NCBI RefSeq assembly: GCF_006345805.1
Contig: NC_042997.1
Coordinates: 128,588,001 to 128,652,000, forward strand
Reading direction: 5' to 3'
DNA from: Octopus sinensis
Lineage: Eukaryota
Length of the DNA stretch: 64,000 nt
Position numbers and translations under genes: made by a program. Positions 38,652 to 51,318 of this stretch are shown piece after piece (positions within the stretch are counted from its first letter, which is position 1; every line of letters starts with the position of its first letter). The notes under the pieces are model-generated. The model worked only from the letters and a program-made list of their open reading frames with translations. It was not told where the DNA came from and searched no databases.

Positions 38652-38895
38652 TATTATTAAGGCAGAGAGCTGACAGAACCATTAGCACACTGGGCAAAAT
38701 GCTCAGCAGTATTTCACCCACCTTTACATTATTCTGAGTTCAGATTCCTTCGAAGTCGACTTTGACTTTCATCCCTTCAGGGTCGATAAATTAAGTACCA
38801 GTGGAACACTAGGGGTCAACGTAATGACTATCCCCCTTCGCTAAAATTTCAAGCCTTGTGCCTTTAGTTGAAAGAATTATTATTATTACTATTTT
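38131..38895 (+). mobile_element. Head-to-tail trimer of Deu/Nin-like SINEs separated by (ATT)n
   Basis: Units at about 38131-38336, 38370-38581 and 38660-38876. Each starts AGGCAGAGA(G/A)CTG and carries the TTTGCCTTTCATCC core. Confidence 0.9.
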
Positions 38896-39109
38896 ATTTT
38901 TGTTTGTATAAGTACCCGTTGCTCTGCAAGATAGTTGCCATAATCTTAGTGAGATTGTTCATAATGTAATAATCTGTTTATTTGAAATCACTACATCATG
39001 TCTTTGATTATCTATTAATATGATTTCACAGACTCCAATTAAGATTTCAATAGAAGATATTTGTCAGTGTAAAAAGAGCATGCTAAATCAGTCAGAATTG
39101 GCAAGATAT

Positions 39110-39124
39110 TCTCTCTCTCTCTCA

Positions 39125-39178
<54 letters not shown>
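39110..39178. repeat. (CT)n microsatellite
   Basis: Seen directly. Confidence 0.95.
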
Positions 39179-39180
<2 letters not shown>

Positions 39181-39648
39181 GGATTTTTTTCAGTTAATGG
39201 AGTAGAATCCACATACTAAATCAGTTTTGTATAAAAATAGTGCTGAGACCCAGTATTAACCAGAAGAACCATGCATAATAGGTTTTGAAACCCCTTCTGC
39301 TCATGATCCACAGTTTTGCCACTGTTGGTGCTACATGGTTAGCAGTTTGATCCCACTGCATAACATTAACAGCTGGCATCCTTTACTATAGCCACATGTC
39401 AACCAATATCTTGTGAGGGAAATTGGCAGCTTGAAACTGGAAGAAGTCCAATTTATATTTTTGTATATATGTATGTGCATGTTTATGTGAATGAGTTTGT
39501 ATTTTCCCTGTGTCTTTTTCACATATGCTGTTTGTTTGCAATCCACAGCAAAAATGTGTTCATGACATTTCTTGACATATTGCATTGTCTTTATAAACAA
39601 AAAGCTCATCCAAAAATTGTCATTTGTTTCCATATTTCCATGTAACTA

Positions 39649-40638
39649 TTGGGTTGGCAACTAAGTTCCCGCCATTTTTTTTTTAATTAAAATTTTTTAA
39701 AAGGTTTAATAAAAAATAACAACTAATTAACCAATAATGTATTCACCCTCATTGTTTACAACTTCTTCCCAGCATTCAACAAGATTTTCAATACCTAGTT
39801 GGTAGAAATCACCCGATTTTGACTCGAAAAATTGATCCAACTAAGCACTCAATTCTGCATCAGTATTGAACGAAACTCCACGCATAGCATTTGAAAGAGA
39901 TTGAAAGAGGTAGAAATCCATTGGTGCCAAATCAGGAGAGTACAGCAGGCATGGCAGCACTTCCCAGCCATGCGTTTGAATGGCTTCCTTGGTCATATTG
40001 GCAATATGAGGGCAGGTATTGTCGTGCAGCAGAAGAACTCCATGCTGCCAATTAGGTCTTTTCTCTTGAATAGTCATGTTGAGTTGTTCCATTTGTTGAG
40101 CATAGAGTTCTGCATTGACAGTTTGGTTCCGTTCAAGCAATTCATAATGGATAATCCCTTCCTAATCCCACCATACACATAACATCGTTTTACGTGGATG
40201 AAGAGCTTGTTTCACGTGCAGTGTTGCTTGTTTACGAGGGCTAAGCCATTCCTTACACTGCTTCATATTGATGTACATGCACCATTTTCTGTCACCAGTA
40301 ACGAGGTGCGTCTTTGAGGTCAAAATTTACATTTTTGAATTTGGCATACCAATCACAAGCGGTTCTTTCAGCTATGGCACCCTCTTCATACACAGCACAA
40401 ATGTCGCAAGCAGCATTTGCAGCCTTAGAACCTTGATTAAAAGCTAAAAGAAGGAGGTGTCGAAAATGCTCATTTTTCTTAACTTGACATACCATTTTAA
40501 TGATCTGAAAATAAACAAAAATTAACTAAAATTAACTAGAAAAATAAAAAAGATTCTAAAATGATTCAAAAATAGAATTCTCAAAGAAAATAGATTCCAA
40601 AATTTAAAAAAACGGCAGGAACTTAGTTGCCAACCCAA
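39649..40638 (-). mobile_element. Mariner (DD34D) element, 990 bp, internally deleted, both TIRs and TA target duplication intact
   Basis: TIRs TTGGGTTGGCAACTAAGTTCC(C/T)GCC at both ends, flanked by TA (39647-48, 40639-40). Transposase remnant 39727-40495 with HLLLLAF HTH region, VTGDRKW, LLHDN, YSPDLAPMDF, and premature stops. Confidence 0.95.
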
Positions 40639-41023
40639 TATATCCAGGCAGTTTGTTGTTCAATAGACTGAGAGTATTGTTGCCTAACTTAGAAACAGGT
40701 AAGGGCTGGTGTTAAGAAGTGCATCCAGCTGTAGAAAACTATCTTCCAATTTAGTTTGATACATCTAAGCACAGAAAGAAGTTGCTTAGACAGTGGTGAT
40801 GATGATGATGTTGATGATAATGTGTGTGTACATGAAGGAAGACTTGGAGGTACAAGCATGGGAAATGGAACCCAATATATAAAGTAGTATGTATATATAT
40901 ATATATATATATATATTTATTTATTTATTTATTAGCTGTAAGGCTATATGGTTCGAGGGACTAAAATTTTGTACAAGATAAATATGACCATCAAATAATA
41001 ACCATCCATCCATACATACATAT

Positions 41024-41114
<91 letters not shown>

Positions 41115-42379
41115 ACATACATACATATTCACTGTATTTTTGGCAAATTCCTAGAAAAGATACTGACAGTCTATAATTTATCTGTGAATGTTGATTCACT
41201 GCAAATTGTTGTTTCCTAGGAATTCAAAAGACAATTTAAGTTAAGCTTTATAGAAAAGTGCAAATAAAGACAGAAATAAATATTTAATTTAAAAGTATAT
41301 TTTTACTCTTGAATTTTAAAAAAATTGTAGAAAACATTTGTTTTTTGTTTTGTGTTTCTTTTTTTTCAAACGCTGTAGTAATTTACATAATTACAGCAAA
41401 TGAATTATTTTTCTAATCAGCAAATTTTTCCAGTGCCTATTGTAGTTGTTCAGTCTATATAATATTTTTAGTTTTTGAACAACATTGAAATTGTTAGAAA
41501 AAAAATTTGTACTTAAGTGTATGTATATATTTGTGTTTATGTATACACACACACGCTCTCACAAACACACACACACACACATTGTCTTTGTCGTTTGTCA
41601 CCAACCCTCATCTGTTTCCAAGCAAGATAAAGTTTCCCCACACAGATTAGTGAGTACTCTCTATATTTACTGTGTGCAGGGTACCCAACTTCCTGTGCTG
41701 GTGCCTTGAAAAATGCACCCACCGCACTCTCTAAAGTGGTTGACAAATGTACAAAGACAATGTGAGATCTCTTCAGTTTAATCTTGTTTCATGAAATGCT
41801 TTTCAACTTCTTAAGTGTTGGCACAATAAGAAAGTGTATTCTGTACACTGTATAAAGTAGCCAATGATAGGAAGGTGTATCCAGTTGTGGAAATCAAGTC
41901 AAATAACACATCCAAGCACCAGCCTATGAGAGTATTACTTGGCACACTTACCCAATGCGTTTGCTAATTGTTTTATGTATTTATGTTGTTGTAAGCAGGC
42001 ATTGCTGACCTTCTTGCCCTTCCTGTGCTTGATCCATCAAAACATAGAGGGTGTAACAACTGGAGAGAAAGGAATGGCTGCACTAGTATTAGGCTGATGC
42101 TCGTTTCCATCTGAATAGACTGGAATAGTGTGAAATGTGTCTTGCAAATCCAGGAATTGAACTCATGACTGTATGAACATGAGCCACTCTGACTATTAAG
42201 CCACATGTTTTCAATTATGTATGTATGTATGTGTGAACACCTGATTTATCTACAGATATTCTTTTTGAACCCTCAAATACAACAAAAACCAATTTTTTAC
42301 ATGCAAAATTTTGTGACCTAAATTTGATATATCTGTTTACACCTTTACTTCCACACCTGACTCAGCCCTTAACAATATC

Positions 42380-42720
42380 AAAATTCCCACACCAAACCAA
42401 AATATACACCTTCACCATAGGTTTCTATCAACTCATATCCTAAATACATTCTTTCCTTCTATGCTTCTCTATCTTTTTACATCCTCCTTCTCTACACAAC
42501 TACTTCTTCTGTCTACTAACACTACACCTAATTGTCACACACCCCAAAGATACAATTTACCAAAATCTATATAAAGCCGTAAAAGACCCAAGTAGAGCAC
42601 AGTCTGATAAATGCAAGTAAATTGAAACATTGAAGTCGCTGTCAACCTCTTCCTTGTAAAAGTTAATAAATATGTATTCCACTAAAAAAATCTTGAATGA
42701 TCCTTTGGTTTAATGTGAAT
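42380..42720 (+). mobile_element. Possible Penelope-like terminal repeat fragment with TATA-like box and mutated hammerhead motif
   Basis: TATATAAA at 42568, ACAGT-CTGATAA-N13-GAAA-C-ATTGAA-GTC-GCTGT at 42599-42642, AATAAA downstream. No PLE ORF visible. Confidence 0.35.
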
Positions 42721-43280
42721 TTGTTTTTTATATATAACTTGACAAATATATTTATATATATCAGACTTTTATTACAGGAGTTGTTTCCTCATTTTTGGAT
42801 TTCTGCTACATCCTGAATTTGATGTTTCAACATTATTCTTAAATTGCCATCTTATATCATAACACACATGCAATCTTTTGTTCTTTGTGAAGTTAATGTC
42901 TTTTTGTTTGATATATCAGAGTTCAATAATAGTATATTTTTTGCGTGTGTGAATGAAGATAAATTTTGCAACCTATTTCTTTCTTTTTTTTTTTATACAA
43001 AACTTCAACAATAGAATTCAAATGAGAAACAAATAATTAATCTATCCTATATTTACTTGATAATTTTAACAATAATATTCCAGTTGCATAAGAATTTCAG
43101 CTTTATATGTCTTATCAAAGCAATTTCAAACCTTTAAAATTTATAGTAGATTTATATATGTGCAGTTGTAGGAATCAAATAAGTTGAGAGTTTTGTTCCA
43201 AATGAAAGTGTTATGTATTTACAGAATAATCAGAGAAATGAAGATCAGATCACTTTTAGAGATGAATAGAGATTTTGAAG

Positions 43281-43961
43281 AATGTTTATTTCTTTTGTCT
43301 TTTCTTGCCCAAAAGACATGGCATTTTATCAATATATTGATAGTCCTCCATTACAAGCCATCTCACCTTTTTCGGTATGAGACAAGGTTATTACGTGCTA
43401 AGGTGTTTGTAACGATATCAGAAGACAAGCAGGCAACTTGTGAATTATGTGGATTTACAAAGATCTCTATGAGGCTAAACATATTTGATTTCTATTACTA
43501 CAAAAATATAACTTTACTATAATTTTTTTAATTCATACACCTGTAAGGTGTATTTTATTATTTTTAAGGTATCTTATTATTTTTAAATAAATAGAAGATG
43601 GATTAATTGTTGTTTGTTATTCAAATTCATTTTTTAAGTTTAGCAAAGAAAATTGTTGGAAAACATGTTTCTAATATGTTAATTTTAGCAACAATTAGCT
43701 TCATTCATATAAAGAAGTGAAAAACAAACATAGATGTACAGAAAGAAAGGATTTCCATTTTGGCTTAGAACAAAGTCATCATGCACAAAAGGGTGTGCAG
43801 CCATATTAGAACACACGTCTACTTGTGGATAATAGAAAGCCACAGAGTTCTCCACAAGGCACAACTAGAATAGGCGAGACTATTGCTGTAATAGAAATCT
43901 ATCAATATATTGATAAAACGCCATGTCTTTTGGGCAAGAAAAGACAAAAGAAATAAACATT
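43281..43961. repeat. 63-bp inverted repeat pair (1 mismatch) enclosing 555 bp
   Basis: 43281-43343 versus 43899-43961 compared base by base; no flanking TSD found. Confidence 0.9.
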
Positions 43962-44833
43962 TTAGGCAAAAGAAGAACAAGTAATAAGTATTGTTCAGAA
44001 TCTTTACTCTAAAACTGATTTGAGCTGATCTTCTGTTTCTATAAGTACTCTAGAAATATAAACAACACCTTCTGTTGGAATGGAATTTCAACTTAACTTA
44101 TTTCTATAACAAATATAACTGTAATTTAATTTTGAAATGGCACTGACAAGACCAGTAAGGTTGAAATAAATATGCAACTGGAATCCTATTTATATGGTTA
44201 ATGAATACAAGATGTATGAACTAATACTTGTTCTTTATTCATGTTTTATTTTTAAAGTATTATAATAAAATCAAAAGTTTGGAAGACTTATCTTTGTTCA
44301 TAATAATGAAATAGGAAATGTGGTAAGAAGTTAACTTCTCAACTACGGTTTGGTCCCACTGTGTGACATATTTAGCAGGTGTCTTCTACTATAGCCTTGA
44401 CCCAATCAAAGCAATGGGAGTGGATTTGGTCAACAGAAACTGAAAGAGGCTCTTTACATATATATAGCTATCATCATCATCATCATTTAACATCCTTTGT
44501 CCATGCTGGCATGGGTTGAATGGTTTGACCAGGCCTAGCAAACTCGAAGCCTATACCAAACCCTGGTCTGATTTGGTATGATTTCTACAGCTGGATGCCC
44601 TTCCTAACATCAACCACTCAGAGAGTGTCATGGGTCCCTTTTATGTGCCATCAGCTCATAAAAGGCTATGTATATATATATCTATTAAAACAAATCTGGA
44701 AAATTTGGTATATTTTTAATTCCATGTTACACATGTTTTCTTACAGTATAAGAAATACAGTATGAACATTAACATTGATAATAATAATAATAATAATATA
44801 TATATAATAAATTCATAACAAGTGTTGACATGT

Positions 44834-44949
44834 AGAAAACATGAATGGGATCTGCTATGCGTGGTTCCTCAGACAAATATTCAAAAAGAATATTATTTTT
44901 GAATTTTTGTCTGAGGAATTACACATAGGAGATTCCATACATGTTTTCT
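44834..44949. repeat. 116-nt imperfect hairpin (54-bp arms, 7 differences, 8-nt loop)
   Basis: AGAAAACATG...TTCCTCAGACAAATATTCAAAAA / TTTTTGAATTTTTGTCTGAGGAA...CATGTTTTCT. Confidence 0.85.
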
Positions 44950-45099
44950 TTTATTATATTTATAGAATCATCATTATCGATACTAAAATTCATATATATC
45001 CTACACTGTAATGAAACATGTAACATAGAATCAAAAACATACCAAACTTTGCAGTTTTTGTTTTAATTTATACTTATTCTGCAAATACAATTTACCAGA

Positions 45100-45446
45100 G
45101 TGGAGGCGCAATGGCCCAGTGGTTAGGGCAGCGGACTCGCGGTCGTAGGATCGCGGTTTCGATTCCCAGACCGGGCATTGTGAGTGTTTATTGAGCGAAA
45201 ACACCTAAAGCTTCACAAGGCTCTTGCAGGGGGTGGTGGTGAACCCTGCTGTACTCTTTCGCCACAACTTTCTCTCACTCTTTCTTCCTGTTTCTGTTGT
45301 ACCTGTATTTCAAAGGGCCAGCCTTGTCACACTCTGTGTCACGCTACGTTAAGGGTGCATGTGTCTGTGGAGTGCTCAGCCACTTGCACGTTAATTCCAC
45401 GAGCAAGCTGTTCCGTTGATCGTATCAGCTGGGACCCTCATCCTAT
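45100..45446 (+). mobile_element. Young full-length tRNA-derived SINE with 11-bp TSD
   Basis: Head GGAGGCGCAATGGCCCAGTGG (A box)...GGTTTCGATTCCC (B box); many CpGs retained; AATTTACCAGA at 45089-45099 and 45447-45457. Confidence 0.9.
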
Positions 45447-46235
45447 AATTTACCAGAACTTTCAACTGGTATGTACACCTCACTTAAGATTTTTAAAAAA
45501 AGCATTCATATACATACTTTTGACTACTGGAACATGCAGATATGCTTCATGAGGACACAACTTTGTACACTATGTGCATATCTATGTATGTCTTTGTGTG
45601 TGTCCTCCGCTATTACTTGACAACCAGTGTTGGTTTCTTTATGCCTCTGTAACGTAGTGGTTCAGCAAAAGATACCAATGAAATAAATACTGAGGTTGAT
45701 TTGTTTGCCTCCACACACATGGATCACAGGCTTTTCTTAGTTTCCATCACCAAATCCACTTCCAAGATTGTGGTTAGCCTGAAGCTATTGTAAGGAAACA
45801 CTTAAACCAAGATGGTGTGCTGTGGGACTGAACCCAAAATCACATGATTGTGTAGTGATCTTCTTAACCATAAACCCATACCTGCACCTATTTCATGTGT
45901 ATGTATCCATGTGTGTGCATATGAATGGTATGCATATATATATATATATCATCATCATCATCGTTTAGTGACCATTGTCCATGCTGGCATGGGTTGGACG
46001 GTTTAACCAGGGCTGGCAAGCTGGAAGGCTGCACCAGACCCCAGTCTGATTTGGAATGGTTTCTACTGCTGGATGCCCTTCCAAACACGAACCACTCTGA
46101 GAGAGTAATAGGTACTGTTTGCATGACACTGGTATCAGCCACAACTGCAATTTTACTTAGTAATATATGGTAATAGTGTGGTTTATTCTCTGTCAGTCTT
46201 GATATTGAGCATTCAGCAGTCTTGTGCGCACGCAC

Positions 46236-46282
<47 letters not shown>

Positions 46283-46639
46283 CATAACATACAACCTGAT
46301 TCCAGAAATCAATACAGCCCTAAACAGTCATTGATATAAAAGTACTGCATTGAGACCATTCATAATTTATGATAACAACTGGAAACAGACCCTCTAACAA
46401 GAATCTTCAATGGATACACTAAGCCCAAGACATCAATTCAACCTTTCATTTTAGTTTAACAGTGGAGCTTAACTGACTGAACTTTAACCCTTTAACCTTT
46501 AATCAATGTGTGTGCTATAATTTAAAATGCTTCTGTGAGAGCAATACTATTTTACTACAAAATTTATCACCCCATTTTACAAATAATGAAATTGATAGTC
46601 TTCTCATCCATCAACCTTGTGGTAAAAAAAATTATCATC

Positions 46640-46706
46640 ATCATAATTATTATTGTTACTATGATAATAATAATAATAATAATAATAATGATTATTATTA
46701 TTATCA

Positions 46707-46761
<55 letters not shown>

Positions 46762-46800
46762 CATTATTACAATAATAATTAACAATAACAATAATAATAA
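46640..46800. repeat. Strand-switching (AAT)n-(ATT)n-(AAT)n microsatellite
   Basis: Seen directly; source of the poly-Ile/Asn/Tyr ORFs. Confidence 0.95.
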
Positions 46801-46849
46801 TGCCAGCCTCGGCTGGCCCCCATGCAGGTGACACGTAAAAAAAAATAAT

Positions 46850-47225
46850 GATAATGGCTTCTGAATCAGGCACAAGGTCAACAGTTTTTTAAGGGAGGGA
46901 GTTAGTCATGTTGATCCCAATATCTGACAAGTATTTTGTTTTCTCAGCTCTGCAGGGACAGAAGATGAAATTAGATGATACCATTGACCCCAGTACTTGA
47001 CCTGTACTTTATATTATCAATCCCTGAAAGGATGAAAGCAAAAGCAGATTTCAACAGAATGCAATGCTTTATTTTGAGTTCAAATTCTCCTGAGATCAAT
47101 TCTGCATCCCCATCCTTCCTGGGCCAATAAAATAATTACCAGTTGAGCACTGGGGTTGAAATAATCCACTACTCCCCCAGCTAACATTTAAGGCCTTGCA
47201 ACTATAGTAGAAAGGATTATTATTA
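46850..47225. mobile_element. Cluster of decayed Deu/Nin-like SINE fragments in both orientations
   Basis: Minus core at about 46980-47062 abuts a plus core at about 47070-47215. Confidence 0.65.
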
Positions 47226-50200
47226 TTTTTATCATCATCATCATCATTATCATCATCATCATCATTACACTAGTGCATGCTAATTTAGTTTGCAGGTACT
47301 TTATCTTGAGGTTTGGTGACAACAAATTTCAAATTACAAGAATCTTCCTTAAGAATTTTGCAGAATAAAGTATTGTATTTTTCTACTGGTTGACATTGCA
47401 AGTTTCAAATCCACCTCTACCACAACCACCCTCATCATCATCATAATTACCCAGGCCTTGTGCTTACAGTAGACAGGATTGTCAGAATTATTTTCATGCC
47501 TCTTTTGGGACATCTCTTGCCTCAAATGCTATTTTCACCTAAGTGTGGCACTAGTATGGAAAGCAGGTATCAAATGAAATGGATGATGGAATAAACTATA
47601 CATATGTACGCACGCACACACACACACACACCATCATCATCATCATTTAACATCCATGTTCCATGCTAGCTTAGCTGGGACGATACCGCAAAAACCGGCC
47701 AGGCCAAAGCCTGCACCAGGCTTCTGTCACTATTATCACTCTATATCCACTCCCCATGTTAACTTGGATTGGATATTTCGACCAGATGCTGTGGGTCAGA
47801 AGGCCACATTTTACTGCAGTAATAGAGTTTTTGCCAGATTTTGACAGTTGGATGCCTTTTCTAATACCAACCACTCTACAGAGTGTAGTGGGTGTTTTTG
47901 TGTGGCACCAGCACTAATGAAGTTACCCTGTAACTTGCAAGACTGAAGAAGGAGGATAAAGAGGATATCAGATCTGTATAGGTGAACAAGAGTAGGAGTA
48001 GTCAATGAGTGAGGTATGATGAGAATAAGGGATGGATGCTGGTTGGGACTTGTACAGCTGAGAGGGAGTGGTGACTAGCAATATATTGATGGAATATTGT
48101 AGGTTATTATAGTAACAGTTTCTGCTTTCGCTTCTTAGTTGTGTGCATACTGTGTATATGCATCATGCTTTGAGAACTTCAGTCAAAACATGCTAGCATA
48201 ATGGGTGTATGCATACCTATATGCATTTGTGTGTACAGGTATATATAAACAGACGCGCACACAATCTTAAATAAATACATATATGTATGTACATAAATAT
48301 ATGTGCATACATATATGTATGTGCACACACACACATACACATGCATGTGTGTATTTATATTTACTTTTTGTTCATATAATCCATCTTATTCCAATATTTC
48401 CATATTTTCTAGGATTTTTTTTTTTTGTGTAAGAATATTATAGGCAGATAATTTTGTGTTGCATACATTGTATATATCATGTAGATACATAACAGCGTGT
48501 GTGTGTATACACACACATATTTTAATGTGCACATGTGTATGTGTGTTTATGAGTTTTTGTAAGTTCACACAAGAAATTACTGAAACACAAATATTCAAAT
48601 GCTTTTATTTATTAAGGAAAATATCTCTGAATTTATTTTTTGAAAGGGATGTTATTTTCTCATCATCAGTGCTACTGAGCATCAGATCTGACAATTGGAA
48701 CAAAAGAAATCTTAAATATATCATTGATAATTCAATATTTTGAATTTTACATGCATTTGAATTGTGTGTGTGTGTGTATGAGAGAGAGAAAGAGATGAAT
48801 AAGAAAGAGAAAAAAAGAAGTTTTAATATAATGACTAGAACATTTCATATAAAAGCAAGCAGATCGAATTTCTGGGATTTAAATAGTGAAGGAAATGAAA
48901 TTTAAGAAAATATAACAATATTGAATTTAGCAAATGGAATTTTCTAACGAGTTTTCTATAGATTTCCTGCAAACACAGTGTCTAATTGGAGCTGATTATA
49001 TTGCAAAGGGAAGAATTTAGTAGATATCTAATCACAATTGGCAAAATGAACCATGCCATTCCTGGGGCTTTATAAACAAATCATCCTATGGCATTTTACT
49101 CTCAGATTTCTTCCTCACATTTTCTGGTTGGTGGCTACGATTATTCACACAATTCATGCATGCAAATATGCGAATGTATGTATTTCTGAGTGTATGTGTG
49201 TGGTCTTTTGTGCATATACACATACACATGTATAGGTATACAAACATAATTACACATATACACACATGCTCACACAAATGGAAACATTGTCATAACCAGG
49301 CACGTAATGACAAATACACACACACATGCATATACGCACTGTTTCTTACTTTGAATGACACCCACATACATCCACTCTATTTATCACATGTGGATACTTA
49401 ATCTTTTTTTCTTAATGTCACCCACCCATACATACACATACAATCTCTCTGCTCCCTCCCACCCTCATCTTCCTCTCTCTCTCTCTTTCCTCTACCTTTA
49501 CATGTAATCACACACTTACATGTATACACTGTCATGTGTATATATACAACTCTGTTAGCAATACATGCAATTACACGCATTGTAGACTGATGGTAATCTA
49601 ATGGTGAACCAAATTTCTGACAAAGGTTCAATTCACATCTGCACTATTTCATTTCTCTCATTCATCATGCCTAAATGCAGTGGTCTAGAGAGGGATGATC
49701 TCCACCACACTGTTTTGCCCTCTACTCAGTAAAAATAATACAATTGTGTTCCAAAGACCTATTAATCATCATCATCATCGTTTAACGTCCGCTTTCCATG
49801 CTAGCGTAGGTTAGATAATTTTGAGCCAACCGCTCCAAGAGTGAGAACAAAACTTTTTGTAAACATGCTTATGCACACAACTCAAATATATACACACACA
49901 TGCATGAGCACATATACATATGCACAAATTACCCCTACAAGCATGCATATACCCATCATACATATACATCAGGGAGCTTCTACATAGCTACTCAGCTTGC
50001 CAGAGACGACTGCAAAATCTCCCCCAAATATCTCTTGCACAACCATCTTTAAAAAATGTGATGTACTGAATAATGTAACATGATACATTTAAAAATAAAG
50101 GATGAGCAGGACTAGAATATCTTCAGACCTGGGGCTGATCTGAGGCTAAACAACAACACAACACATCATCATAGTGACGAGGATGATATAGCGGTGGAGG

Positions 50201-50762
50201 TGGTGGTTGTGTAGTGGTAATGATGATGATGACAATAGTGACAAATTTAGGTGTAGATAAAGTCAATGAATTCAACCCTAGTATTTTAATAAACTGTATT
50301 ACAGGCATTGTGTACTTTTTCTCTCATTAGTTAAACCAAATGGACAAACACCTGTACAAATTATCCATGTGTATGTGCATGCGTGTGTAAATACTGTGAA
50401 TATTTGAAGAAATATATATACGTTAATGATCTAAAGTCAAAACAATGCATGTTATAAAAATTAATGATTCAGGTTGATGGTTTGCATTGTTATTGAATAT
50501 TTCATTATTTCAGAATTAGTACTCACTCCCTCTTGAGGAAATTTATGGAGAAAAGCTGCCTCTGCTTTGTAGTGTGTGTGTGTACATTTATATATATATA
50601 TATATGAGACAATACTTCATAGAAAACTATATTACTATGTAACATGTTTACATAAATATGTATATGCGTGTGTGTATATATGTGCATGCATGTGTTTGTA
50701 CGTGTGTATACATGTGTGCGTGTGTTTACATGTGTCTATGTATGTATGTGTGTATATATATG

Positions 50763-50794
<32 letters not shown>

Positions 50795-50810
50795 TAATGT
50801 ATATATATAT

Positions 50811-50843
<33 letters not shown>

Positions 50844-51318
50844 GAATGAAATAGTGAAATGACTGAAATCATTGGAAAAGTATAGATTCCATAATTTCAA
50901 GCATTACTATTTTGTACTGTATGCAAGGAAAGCAAAGCAATATGTGACCACATGATTTAGGCCTGAAGTACTTCCACTTACTGTAATTATCAATAATTTG
51001 TTTACCAAGCATGTTTGTGTTTTTGATCAATGATTTTTCTTGAAGATTGATGATTTGTGATAGCTCTCAGTTTTGTTTAATAGCAACAGACATTTACAAC
51101 TCCAACTATCTACTCAAATCTACCAAAGTCTTGTCGCAAATGACAAGCTAATTTGTAATATTCACTAGTTAATCAAACTGTTAAAAGAGAGATTCTTAAT
51201 TAGGCCAGCACGTCTGCTGTAAGTAGAACTTATCAATAAATAGTGAAGTGTCATGTTTCTGCAATTTCCTAATCTTCTTAAAAGTTTCATATTAACACTC
51301 TTGTATAATAACACTTAC

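Noticed and set aside
45101-45176. Functional tRNA gene
   Set aside because: The acceptor and anticodon stems do not close properly, and it continues into a SINE body bounded by a TSD.
46510-46881. Poly-Ile/Asn/Tyr proteins
   Set aside because: Translations of the (AAT)n/(ATT)n microsatellite.
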